DNA of 64,000 nucleotides, taken from positions 96,628 through 160,627 of IMG/VR virus record IMGVR_UViG_3300018890_000001; one strand, given 5' to 3'. The position numbers were made by a program, and so were the translations under genes. Numbering within the stretch: position 1 is the stretch's first letter; the number at the start of each line of letters is the position of its first letter. Origin of the DNA: a virus. Positions 1 to 8,581 of this stretch are shown piece by piece. The notes beneath the pieces are model-generated. The model was not told the origin of the DNA. It was given only the letters and a program-made list of their open reading frames with translations, and searched no databases.

Positions 1-1
1 A

Positions 2-667
2 GAGGGTGTTTACAAGGAAGGTGATACCGAAATCACATTACAAAGAAAGCTTAGGCCGAAGCGCCATCAGGGAATGCAAACACGATATTTATTTGACAAA
101 AACGAAAGTCCGAAAAATCTACCACCGCGCCCTCATGAATTTAGCTGTATCACAACTTGCGCTTTGAGGTATGCACATAACAGCACTGATGTGCAGGCGA
201 CTGGCTTCTGCATTGATGCCACGATGAAAAACTGGAACTGGTTATCAAGTCAAGATAAAGCTGTTTTGCGTCGGGATACCGAAGAGGCTCTCGAAATGTC
301 TCGTCGATATCGCGAGATAACAGGAAACTATGAAGTTGCATTTTTGTGTGCATTCGAGGAATGGGAAGCGTTTGATCGCTGGTTAACTGACTCAGAGCAG
401 CAGGTAGTTTATCCACCCAAAGGCGAAGTGTACGGAGTGGGATTACTGACAGTTTACGCTCTGCGTTACTGCGTAGGTCGCCAGACTTATATGCCTAGTC
501 TGATCGCGGATGCTACCAAAAAGAACTGGCATTTACTCAACAGAGTTGACCGTCGGACGATTCAGCAAGATACGATTGGGGCGATCGCCACCCGACATTT
601 GGGTGCAACGTGCGATCGGGAAACCTGGCTAGGGTTTAATGAGTGGGTTGCCACACAGATGAAATAA
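2..667 (+). CDS. Phage hypothetical protein with tandemly duplicated ~70-aa domain; 5' end lies outside the window
   Basis: Frame is open from base 2 into ORF 74..667; repeat ALRY..x..DAT.KNW..L...D.....D....W..F..W occurs twice; terminator follows. Confidence 0.75.
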   Translation, partial: EGVYKEGDTEITLQRKLRPKRHQGMQTRYLFDKNESPKNLPPRPHEFSCITTCALRYAHNSTDVQATGFCIDATMKNWNWLSSQDKAVLRRDTEEALEMSRRYREITGNYEVAFLCAFEEWEAFDRWLTDSEQQVVYPPKGEVYGVGLLTVYALRYCVGRQTYMPSLIADATKKNWHLLNRVDRRTIQQDTIGAIATRHLGATCDRETWLGFNEWVATQMK

Positions 668-707
668 AAAAAAGACCGTCCGAGACTAATCGGACGGTCT
701 TTTTTTT
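667..707. terminator. Bidirectional intrinsic terminator
   Basis: A8-GACCGTCCGA gactaa TCGGACGGTC-T-run between convergent genes. Confidence 0.9.
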
Positions 708-714
708 AACTAAA

Positions 715-1421
715 TTAGTTCACTGGCGGCGGAACCAGATTTGAAACAGTCGAGTTAACTGCCCGCAGTGGTCGTGGCTCGTCGCTCGGTTTGGCTACCA
801 ACCGCAGGTTGATTATGACTTGGCGACCGTAATCGCGATCAATAGCTCCAGCCCTACCGAACTTCTGGTCCGATCGCCCACTCAATCCGGTGCCACCGGC
901 ATTGCGCGTATTCAGGTTGACGCTTTGCCCACCAGCACCACCTCGTGAACCAGACGAGAAGCTCTCCTGCTGCCAGTCGCCTCCCTTCATTGCTCCACCA
1001 CCTTTGGCACCAGAGTAGGATCTAGTAGTGTCAATCGCAGAGATACCATGATGTTGGGTTTCTCTGGGATGAACGTAATTTTGACTAAACCTAAATCTGA
1101 ACGGGCGATCTCACTCAAGCCGACCTTCTGCGCTTCACGGGAACCGATTTCGTAGAAGGTGAACTTCCCTGTATCATCTGCCGGATGCTCAAGTGTTGCT
1201 GTTTGATAAGACGCTAGTCGCCAACCACCAACTTCCTTGCCGTCGATCTCAATAATTACGTCATTGGCTTCATCGGTGTGATTTTTCAAAAAAATATGAT
1301 AGACATCCCCATGTTGCAGATAAACGTATCCATGCTCATCTTCATGCGGATGATGCCCGTCAGCACCCCATCCCGTAGGAATTGATCCAAGAATTCGAGC
1401 TTCTTTTTGAGCTAAGCGCAT
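715..1421 (-). pseudogene. Conserved hypothetical protein split by a -1 frameshift near 1050 (ORFs 987..1481 + 715..990)
   Basis: GAGG SD before ATG 1421; after ...IPEKP the -1 frame reads HHGISAIDTTRSYSGAKGGGAMKGG...GGTGLSGRSDQKF...INLRLV, continuing one protein. Confidence 0.7.
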
Positions 1422-1526
1422 AACAAACCTCAATGTATTTTTATCAATATAACACACATTCGTGTTATACAACAAAGCCAATCACTTATTTTGTACGAGT
1501 GATTGGTTTTGTTGTATAAAATTGAA

Positions 1527-1970
1527 TTATTGTTTTGGTTCCGAATCAGGTAGCTTTTCGATCTGCTCTGGAGTTTCTGGCAGTTCTGCTGACGGTGGCT
1601 GACCGGCTAAATGAGTTTCCGACGTGGGAATAGGTTCCGGAGCTGATCCTCCAGAAGCTTCAGGAGCCGGGACAGGTATTAAGTCTTTGGGCAAGAGTGC
1701 CGGAGCATCCAACACGTAAGGATCTTGGGGCGTTACGTTAGCTCCCGACTGTGGTGCTGCTGTATCGACTTGGACTGTGGGAATCGATGACGGTAAATCC
1801 ACAGCAAGTGCTGTTTCACCGGGCTGCTGGTATGCGGGTAGTCCGTGCACGATCGGCGCTACAGGAACTGGAGTTGCCGGAACTTCGGCATGGGGCATAT
1901 CCGGAGTCGTTTCTTCAGGCTGTGCTGCCTGTACGGGATCTTTTTCTGACTTCTGCTCTTCTTCAGGCAT
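1527..1970 (-). CDS. Pro/Glu/Ala-rich low-complexity protein
   Basis: 147-aa ORF with ATG and biased but coding-like composition. Confidence 0.65.
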   Translation of the reverse strand: MPEEEQKSEKDPVQAAQPEETTPDMPHAEVPATPVPVAPIVHGLPAYQQPGETALAVDLPSSIPTVQVDTAAPQSGANVTPQDPYVLDAPALLPKDLIPVPAPEASGGSAPEPIPTSETHLAGQPPSAELPETPEQIEKLPDSEPKQ

Positions 1971-2146
1971 GAATTTTTACCAAAATTTTGAAAGGGAGCG
2001 ATCAAATTATACGTTAAGACGTGACCGCCACTTCAGCGCCTTTGGGCTGAGGAATATCAAATCGGTTGCGGGCGATTGGCAGACTCGACTGACTAGCAAA
2101 AAAAATAACCCGCCCTCAATGGAGAACGGGTCTAAAGTCAAGCTAT

Positions 2147-2419
2147 TCAGTACGTTACTGAGGGTGTGATTTGATGGAGTCTTTTGAACTCCCTTTCGTC
2201 AGCCTTAGTAGTTGGCGCAAACAGATGTGGATTATCAAGCTGAACAGCGTATAACGCCGCTTTAAATAACCACCAACTTTGTTCGTCTAGCGGACGATCA
2301 GAATCCAAACCCATATCTACGTACTGCTTGACCTTCTTTTCGATTAAAACCTGCAACAAAGCGAAAGTTTCTTCGGCTCGCGAAGCAACTTGTTTTTGCA
2401 CTTCTTGTTGTGAAAGCAT
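2147..2419 (-). CDS. Hypothetical protein (GTAG-leader cassette)
   Basis: TTGACA-17-TATGAT promoter, GTAGTC at +1, terminator at 2099-2133. Confidence 0.8.
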   Translation of the reverse strand: MLSQQEVQKQVASRAEETFALLQVLIEKKVKQYVDMGLDSDRPLDEQSWWLFKAALYAVQLDNPHLFAPTTKADEREFKRLHQITPSVTY

Positions 2420-2480
2420 AATTGATTAATTTGCGACTACAAAATTATCATATCAAGGCAACAAGAAAGTGTCAAGCAAA

Positions 2481-2690
2481 TTATGGGCGATCAAAAACAC
2501 GCTCTTCTTCTGGTGCGAACCGATCGCCCGCAGCACCAATACTTTCTCCGCCAAGTCCGATACGCAGCTCGTTATGAGTAATCGCGCCAATGCGGTACAG
2601 CGTATTCATTTTTACTAAATGAGCCATTTCCGCTTCACTTAATAACCGAGATTGCGAAAGCGATTGCAGTTTGTCAAATATTGATTTCAT
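2481..2690 (-). CDS. Small protein resembling the portal C-terminal segment
   Basis: LYRIGAITHNELRIGLGGESIGAAGDRF vs portal LFEKNLATRNEMRLATGLQPIGPAGDKF. Confidence 0.65.
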   Translation of the reverse strand: MKSIFDKLQSLSQSRLLSEAEMAHLVKMNTLYRIGAITHNELRIGLGGESIGAAGDRFAPEEERVFDRP

Positions 2691-2694
2691 ATTT

Positions 2695-3891
2695 TTAAGC
2701 AGGAATTACTTCTAAACTCGACTGTACCTCGAACAATGTCCACGGGTTGACTTCTATCTCGGAGAGCGGTTGCCCTGTGAACGAGTTTTTCAATTCAGTC
2801 TTCGGCACCGAATAAATACCTTCAGCTTTTTCGAGCTCACTGGCAAGCGTCTTATGAAATTCGAGATCTCCCCAAATCCCAAAAGGTGGATTGATCGCAT
2901 CGACGATCGTCTGGGCAACAAGGTTAAACCGCTGCTGCTGTGTCAAATCCCGCACAAAACCGACAGTTACTTTGCCGTCGATTGGAATGATTTCTGCCGC
3001 CCTGAATTCCAAAGGTTGTGATTCCATCGCCAGCGGGCGTGTTTTCTCTTCAACGACAGCGACCTGCTGTTCAGGCCAAACGGCAACGGTCACTAAATCG
3101 GTCCAGTGTCCGACAGTTCCGTACTGAGATGAGAGCACCAAAGTTTTCTTGCTACCAAATTCTTGAGCAGCCAAGTAGTAATCTTCTTTATTGACGACGC
3201 GCCCGATTTGGGCGGAAGTAAGATTTGGTGCATTACCGCGTCGGAATCTGTTGCGCGCTCTGATCATCATGTCGATTAGCGTTTCGCGATCGCGCCCTTC
3301 AGAAACAGCAGTTCCATCGTTCGCGACTCCAGATACGTTTGCCAGTAGTCTGGGTAAAACAGAAAACTCACCGGGGATTAAACCAGGGAGTGTACCAAGT
3401 CGGTTGATCCTGGCCGGTACAACTTTGAACTCGTCCGATCCGAATATGCGATCTTCTTTAATCGTGTAAGCGGCCAACGTGTTGTCACGAGAACTCCGCA
3501 CTTCCATGTTGTAAGGAATATCGACCGCGAGTCCAGATCGCATCGCATCAGTCGATCGCCGAAACACTAAATTAATTACTGGATATTCGGCTAACTGCCG
3601 CTCTACGCCAAGCATCCGAAACATCTGCACCCACTCCCAGTCGGGTTTTAGATTCAGTTCATATGCCAGATACTGCATCTGGGCGATCGTTGCCGACGCC
3701 AATATAACGTGCCCTGCTCCGGGTGCCATTGAAGAAAACGGAGAAGGTTCGCCACTGGGTAGTGGTTGTGCCAGTTGGTTTACGTAATTTGCGAGTTGCT
3801 GACTTGGATCGTAATCCCAAAGCTTGTCCGCTTCAATTAAATTCGCTTCAGATTCGAGGCGACGCATTAACTCGAAGTGTTCATCGTACAT
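2695..3891 (-). CDS. Baseplate J/gp47-like protein
   Basis: 398 aa; V.N.....GRDRETL...R.R and VV..EDY..AA motifs typical of baseplate J. Confidence 0.75.
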   Translation of the reverse strand: MYDEHFELMRRLESEANLIEADKLWDYDPSQQLANYVNQLAQPLPSGEPSPFSSMAPGAGHVILASATIAQMQYLAYELNLKPDWEWVQMFRMLGVERQLAEYPVINLVFRRSTDAMRSGLAVDIPYNMEVRSSRDNTLAAYTIKEDRIFGSDEFKVVPARINRLGTLPGLIPGEFSVLPRLLANVSGVANDGTAVSEGRDRETLIDMMIRARNRFRRGNAPNLTSAQIGRVVNKEDYYLAAQEFGSKKTLVLSSQYGTVGHWTDLVTVAVWPEQQVAVVEEKTRPLAMESQPLEFRAAEIIPIDGKVTVGFVRDLTQQQRFNLVAQTIVDAINPPFGIWGDLEFHKTLASELEKAEGIYSVPKTELKNSFTGQPLSEIEVNPWTLFEVQSSLEVIPA

Positions 3892-4142
3892 AATATATAG
3901 TTGAGGTTGTTAATGCCTATGGGTATTAAAAGTCGTATAGGAAGTCCACAAAGAAACCGCAAGCAATTACGAACAGCACAAAGTAGGGCCAGCCACCAGT
4001 CGTCGTACTCCTCCTTGTATTTAATTAGGCAAATATCGTCGCACCCAAAATACTTGGAGAGTACCAGGTTTCCCCAAACAACAACCAGGATGTTGTAGGC
4101 GATTAGCACTGAGAGTCTGTGTGCGACAACAAAATTAGACAT
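3867..4142 (-). CDS. Small membrane protein (GTAG-leader cassette)
   Basis: Two hydrophobic segments; GTAGTC leader. Confidence 0.55.
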   Translation of the reverse strand: MSNFVVAHRLSVLIAYNILVVVWGNLVLSKYFGCDDICLIKYKEEYDDWWLALLCAVRNCLRFLCGLPIRLLIPIGINNLNYILCTMNTSS

Positions 4143-4236
4143 ACTTGCATATCTTGAGACTACAATGCGAGTTTAACACTATGGACTTGATCGCCCCCTT
4201 GTTACGCTAAAAGCGTGATCGCCGGAAAATCAACGT

Positions 4237-4542
4237 ATGAATATCGAGCTAACTCCAGAGCAGGTTGAGTTTATCGAACGCGCGCTTGCCAGTGGACAGT
4301 ACGGAAGCGTTGAGGAAGTATTGTCTCAAATTGTGGCGATCGGAATGAAGGAAGTTACGCAGCAAGTTGACCGAGAAACCGAACTGCGAAGCTCAAAAGA
4401 ACTTTATGCACCGGCGCTTGCGCAAAATTCGTGTGAAGATACGGAGCTTACCAGTGAGTACGAGGAATTTGTGAAAGCAATGGCTGAAGCTAGGGGGCGA
4501 TCGAAAAGCTTACGAGCTTGCTTTGGGGAATTGATTGAATAG
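4237..4542 (+). CDS. ParD/CC2985-like ribbon-helix-helix antitoxin
   Basis: MNIELTPEQVEFIERALASGQYGSVEEV N-terminus. Confidence 0.75.
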   Translation: MNIELTPEQVEFIERALASGQYGSVEEVLSQIVAIGMKEVTQQVDRETELRSSKELYAPALAQNSCEDTELTSEYEEFVKAMAEARGRSKSLRACFGELIE

Positions 4543-4575
4543 TCGATCACCCGAAACTCCTATTATTTACACCTT

Positions 4576-5646
4576 TCAGAACGGTAGTACCGCATCCAAC
4601 GCCCACGGGGGTGCCATTTCCGACAACCACAGTTCCGTCTTACCAAGTTGTTCTTCCCACCAGACGATCGCCCGCTCAGTTTTCTCCATCGCCCACGCGG
4701 GCACTGTAACCGAAGCTTCTTTCTCAACTTTGACGCGCTCTGCCGGCGGTACTTTCATAGATCTTCTAACCATCGTTGCCAGTGGAATCGTCGCCACAAT
4801 CTTTTCGACCAGCAATGCCAAACCACCTGAGACGATAATTTCTGGTTCTACAAGATCGAAGGTTTCAGTAGCTAGGATTTCTTCGGGTGGGCGATCGGGT
4901 TGTTCTTCTTGGAGTTTCTCGAAAGCTTGCTCTGCCTGCAACATTTTATAGTTGGTGTTGACGATTTGAACTACATCCGGCAGCGGGCGATCGGCGATCG
5001 GTTCAGTGCGACGACCCCAGCGAGCAATGCCCTTAAACACCATGTTGAACAGTGCGACTAGCGTGTACGCCTTATGCTCTGGGAGGGATTTCGATTCGTC
5101 GCGTACTGTCGGGTAGTTCCCGTTTCCAATTTCTTTCGACCAGTCCAAACGCATTTCTTCGAGGCTGTAGTGTTCCAGCAAGATTAATTCACAGCGCTCT
5201 GCCAGAATTAACGCAGCTACAGCATCAAAATTAGTCATCACGTTGGGCTGCTTATTGCGATTCTTGGGGATTTTGCGGGATTCGTGGCGATCTTCGAGAT
5301 TGTAGAGCTTGAAGGTTTCGCTCAGATCGTGTCGCACCTTGTCAACAGTACCCTTTGCTGTATGACAATAACCTTCCCAGTGCGCAGACAGGTACGTCAT
5401 GATACCTTCCATCTTTACCGGAACCGCCAAGGGCTGCACCAGATCGTTGATATTTTTCTGGTCGTAGTCCCGCAATCCCTTGCTACCATGCTTGCCGCTG
5501 ATTACTTTTACCTGGCGACCGGCTACATACAAGGCATGATTGAGGATTCCAAAAATTGTGAAAATCTTTGTAATGCTTTTCCCGTTTAGCTTTGCGTCGA
5601 ATTCTTGGGAAAGAGCATTGATCTCTTGCTCGGTTCTTGCTATCAT
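4576..5646 (-). CDS. Putative replication-initiator-like protein, paralog 1
   Basis: Aligns with 34812..35846 throughout, including Trp-rich C-terminus ending ...PWALDAVLPF; origin-like element upstream; function inferred. Confidence 0.55.
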   Translation of the reverse strand: MIARTEQEINALSQEFDAKLNGKSITKIFTIFGILNHALYVAGRQVKVISGKHGSKGLRDYDQKNINDLVQPLAVPVKMEGIMTYLSAHWEGYCHTAKGTVDKVRHDLSETFKLYNLEDRHESRKIPKNRNKQPNVMTNFDAVAALILAERCELILLEHYSLEEMRLDWSKEIGNGNYPTVRDESKSLPEHKAYTLVALFNMVFKGIARWGRRTEPIADRPLPDVVQIVNTNYKMLQAEQAFEKLQEEQPDRPPEEILATETFDLVEPEIIVSGGLALLVEKIVATIPLATMVRRSMKVPPAERVKVEKEASVTVPAWAMEKTERAIVWWEEQLGKTELWLSEMAPPWALDAVLPF

Positions 5647-5652
5647 GTTGTT

Positions 5653-5711
5653 AATTAAATGAATATTACTTGGACTGCCCGATACCTTTAACGAGGTCGG
5701 GCTATTTTTTT
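5653..5711 (+). ncRNA. Antisense (countertranscript) RNA over the 5' UTR of Rep-like paralog 1
   Basis: Extended -10 TGCTATCAT (5638-5646) overlaps the start codon; GCCCGA..TCGGGC hairpin + T7; same layout at paralog 2. Confidence 0.6.
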
Positions 5712-5825
5712 GAGCGTATCCTGAAAACCTGCGGTAGTTGTCTACCTGTATATAGGGTACACCAGGGTTTAAATTGATGCAATTAGGTATAAATACGTAT
5801 TTAACGATTTTGCGTCGTTTCAGCG

Positions 5826-5951
5826 ATTGACCACTTAAACATCTTCAATCCGTTTTGGATTTTCTTTATTTCTTACTCTTTTGTTTTTGGACAAAATTTT
5901 AACAAAGAAGAAAAACACCTTTGCAAGCTTAAGGATGTTTAAGTGGTCAAT
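5826..5951. repeat. 18-bp perfect inverted repeat enclosing a 90-bp AT-rich core (origin-like element A)
   Basis: ATTGACCACTTAAACATC (5826-5843) / GATGTTTAAGTGGTCAAT (5934-5951). Confidence 0.85.
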
Positions 5952-6072
5952 TTGGTTTTAAGCGAACCCAACAGCATTAAAACGGACACAGCTTTAGGTT
6001 GCGGACTCTACAGTTTGGGATGGGCGGGCGATCGATTGTTATCATAAAACCACTGTCACCGGAAAATTAACA

Positions 6073-6258
6073 ATGAATATTGAACTAACACAAGAGCAGG
6101 TTGAATTTGTAGAACTTACCATAGCTAGCGGACAGTACGAAAGTGTTGAGCAAGTTGCAATTCAGGTTTGGGCGATTGGGATGAAGGAAGTCATCAAGTC
6201 GATCGCCCGAGAAGTCGAACTACAACACTTGCGAGAGCGTCACGAAACTTATCGATGA
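6073..6258 (+). CDS. ParD-like RHH antitoxin paralog
   Basis: MNIELTQEQVEFVELTIASGQYESVEQV, highly similar to 4237..4542. Confidence 0.75.
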   Translation: MNIELTQEQVEFVELTIASGQYESVEQVAIQVWAIGMKEVIKSIAREVELQHLRERHETYR

Positions 6259-6271
6259 GAAAGGGAAGAAG

Positions 6272-6555
6272 ATGGCAGACACCCCAAAATTTCTGTAAAT
6301 TTTAAAAATACTGATGAACGCGGGCGTATTTATCTAAACAGCCCATGTACACTTGGAGATTTGTACGATCAGGGTGTCGATCTAATTGATGGTATGATGC
6401 TGATAGTGTGCGATCAAGGAGTAGAAATCGAGGGTGTTGTCGAATACTCAGAAAAAGATGCGTATTATGTTGCGGTAGTTAATTGGGACGGTGTTAACGT
6501 AAATCGCGATTTTCCTGAGCAGCATCGATTTTTTTTACAGGTCGCCAAACCATAG
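6272..6555 (+). pseudogene. Hypothetical protein frameshifted at the A4 run near 6286
   Basis: MADTPK then -1 frame ISVNFKNTDERGRIYLNSPCTLGDL joins ORF 6361..6555. Confidence 0.6.
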
Positions 6556-6625
6556 AGGAAGTTAAGACAGCATAAAAAACAAAATCCCCTCAAGTTTTTT
6601 AATCTTGAGGGGGTTTTGTTTTTTA

Positions 6626-6946
6626 TTAAGGTTGTGGAAAATCAGTTACGATTTCAACGGTAACATCTATTTCTTGACCTACAGCGTCCGCGACCATGCT
6701 CTGTGTGGATGTTTGATAGCTTTCGCAAATTCCGGTGAACCGTAGCGTTTTGGGCTGTCCGGGTCTTGAAATTAATCTTAGATCCCTGGTATTTAGCCAG
6801 AAATCAGATGCTATATTCCCGCCTTCGAGAAAGTATATTGTCTCTTCAGGTGTTACTGTCACGCTGCTTACGTCTACATATAATTTTTGGTCTTTTTCAA
6901 CTTCTTTAATCATTGTGCGACTTGCGATGCTGATTTGTAATTTCAT
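6626..6946 (-). CDS. Hypothetical protein
   Basis: 106-aa ORF, upstream TATAAT, shares terminator 6576-6624. Confidence 0.7.
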   Translation of the reverse strand: MKLQISIASRTMIKEVEKDQKLYVDVSSVTVTPEETIYFLEGGNIASDFWLNTRDLRLISRPGQPKTLRFTGICESYQTSTQSMVADAVGQEIDVTVEIVTDFPQP

Positions 6947-7070
6947 TGTATTACGCTATTGGTTGATAATTAATTATACAATTTTAAATAAATTAACACA
7001 AGTATTTTCGATCGCCCACCACATTATTTGTTATACTGAGTCTGTAATTACGTATGTCGAGGAATCTCAA

Positions 7071-7367
7071 ATGAATATTTTGTTAACACCAAAACAGGAA
7101 GTTTTCGTTCAATTGCAGATTCAAGGTGGAGAATACGAAAACGTAGATCAAGTGATCGAAGCTGCGTTATTGCTTTTGCAACAGCGTCATCAGTCCCTTG
7201 ATAGTATTCGTCAAAAAATAGAGCTTGGGGCTGCTCAAATTCCTTTGGGTCAAACTACCGATGGTGCGCAGGTATCCGATCGCCCGCAACAAAAGTTGGA
7301 TAGTGGGCGATCGCGACTGTCCCTCGAAGAAATGCGGAAAATGATAGGCACGGATAAGCCTGCCTGA
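7071..7367 (+). CDS. ParD-like RHH antitoxin
   Basis: MNILLTPKQEVFVQLQIQGGEYENVDQVIEAALLLL...RQKIELGAAQ; GAGG SD before ATG 7071. Confidence 0.8.
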   Translation: MNILLTPKQEVFVQLQIQGGEYENVDQVIEAALLLLQQRHQSLDSIRQKIELGAAQIPLGQTTDGAQVSDRPQQKLDSGRSRLSLEEMRKMIGTDKPA

Positions 7368-7394
7368 GTTGCTGTAGCGTTAGCTTGGGGCGTC

Positions 7395-7673
7395 GTGTTA
7401 GTTTTCGTCGATCGCCCGGGCATCAGGAATTCCTCTAAGCAAATCTCGATCGCCAGCGCTTTAATCCAATGCTGTATGAGAGTGCCTGCCCAGAAGTCTG
7501 TCAAAAAAGAGAAAGTGTTGACAGTTCCGGTGTGGACGATCCTCTCCGAGGGCTTCGCTAACGAACAATCCGAGCGGGCGATCGTTTGGTGGGAAGAAAG
7601 GATCGAAAATTCAGGACTGTGGTTATCTCAACTTGCGCTTCCGTGGGTTTGGGATGCCGTTTTACCGTTTTAA
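7395..7673 (+). pseudogene. Isolated C-terminal fragment of the Rep-like family
   Basis: RAIVWWEERIENSGLWLSQLALPWVWDAVLPF nearly matches the end of 4576..5646. Confidence 0.65.
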
Positions 7674-7682
7674 GGAGATCTT

Positions 7683-7910
7683 GTGAGATTCAACGCAACC
7701 GAAGATCGGATCAAACAAATTGTGGTGAATGCCTGCAAAACACAGTTACCGCTCGTTTGTAAAAACTTGAAGCCAGAAGATATAGAACTTGACGATCGCG
7801 GATTAGTTATAGCAGATAGGGTTAAGTTGATTATCCGAAGAGCTGGCGCGTATAAATGGGAAATTGATGATGAAATAGATCGAGGTTGGCATGGATGGGT
7901 CGATATCTAA
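7683..7910 (+). CDS. Hypothetical protein
   Basis: AAGGAG SD before GTG. Confidence 0.6.
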   Translation: MRFNATEDRIKQIVVNACKTQLPLVCKNLKPEDIELDDRGLVIADRVKLIIRRAGAYKWEIDDEIDRGWHGWVDI

Positions 7911-7975
7911 CCAACAGCGACCGCGCTCGTAGATTCTGTGTTGAAAATCAATAACTAAAAAAGGAGATTAAATTC

Positions 7976-8206
7976 ATGACATTTATTTACAACAAGGCGT
8001 TGGGTTGTGCAGTATACAATCCGCTACTAACGGGATTTGAACTCAAGCACAATTATTTTGTTATTTCTGAAGAATGCAAAAACTCTTTAATTTATTTGCA
8101 AAGATGGGCGATCGAAAGTAACGGTCGTGAGATATTTAATTGGGCGAATTTAGTGACTGTGGCGGATCAAATAGGACTACCATCAGAACAACTTGTGAAT
8201 TCTTAG
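7976..8206 (+). CDS. Hypothetical protein
   Basis: AAGGAG SD. Confidence 0.65.
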   Translation: MTFIYNKALGCAVYNPLLTGFELKHNYFVISEECKNSLIYLQRWAIESNGREIFNWANLVTVADQIGLPSEQLVNS

Positions 8207-8323
8207 AAAAGTGGGGGAAGGTGCGCGACGGTTTGTTTGAAGCGAAGAGGTTAACATCCAGACAAATTCGCGAACAAGTTGAAAAAGGCAAGAAGAAGGT
8301 TTTATCATAATTCCGATCGCCCA

Positions 8324-8581
8324 CTACTGTCTTTTGTGCCAATTATCGGTTTTCGTCTGCAAGTTTAACCAAATCTGAGCATCCATGAATAACGCTTTAC
8401 CGATCGCCAATGCTGTATCTTGGGTGATCGGTTTTTTATTGTCTATGATATCCCTTAGATCGTTAACCTCAATTCTGCTCATCCTTGCAAACTCAGTAAG
8501 CGTAATTTGGTTATCTTCGAGTATATCTGCGAGGATTTCACCGGGAGTGACGGGTGAAACTTTCCGATCTTCAATACTCAT
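8324..8581 (-). CDS. higA: HigA/VapI-family addiction-module antidote (XRE HTH)
   Basis: PVTPGEIL...KKPITQDTALAIGKAL..AQIWLNLQ. Confidence 0.85.
   Translation of the reverse strand: MSIEDRKVSPVTPGEILADILEDNQITLTEFARMSRIEVNDLRDIIDNKKPITQDTALAIGKALFMDAQIWLNLQTKTDNWHKRQ

Noticed and set aside
1030-1065. Programmed -1 ribosomal frameshift
   Set aside because: No canonical X XXY YYZ heptamer in the zero frame; an indel is simpler.
5826-5951. Retron msr-msd-like RNA (inverted repeats enclosing hairpins)
   Set aside because: No reverse transcriptase (YxDD) ORF in the window.
6735-7070. N-terminal extension of ORF 6735..7367
   Set aside because: Overlaps the opposite-strand gene and promoter region; ParD homology and SD begin at 7071.
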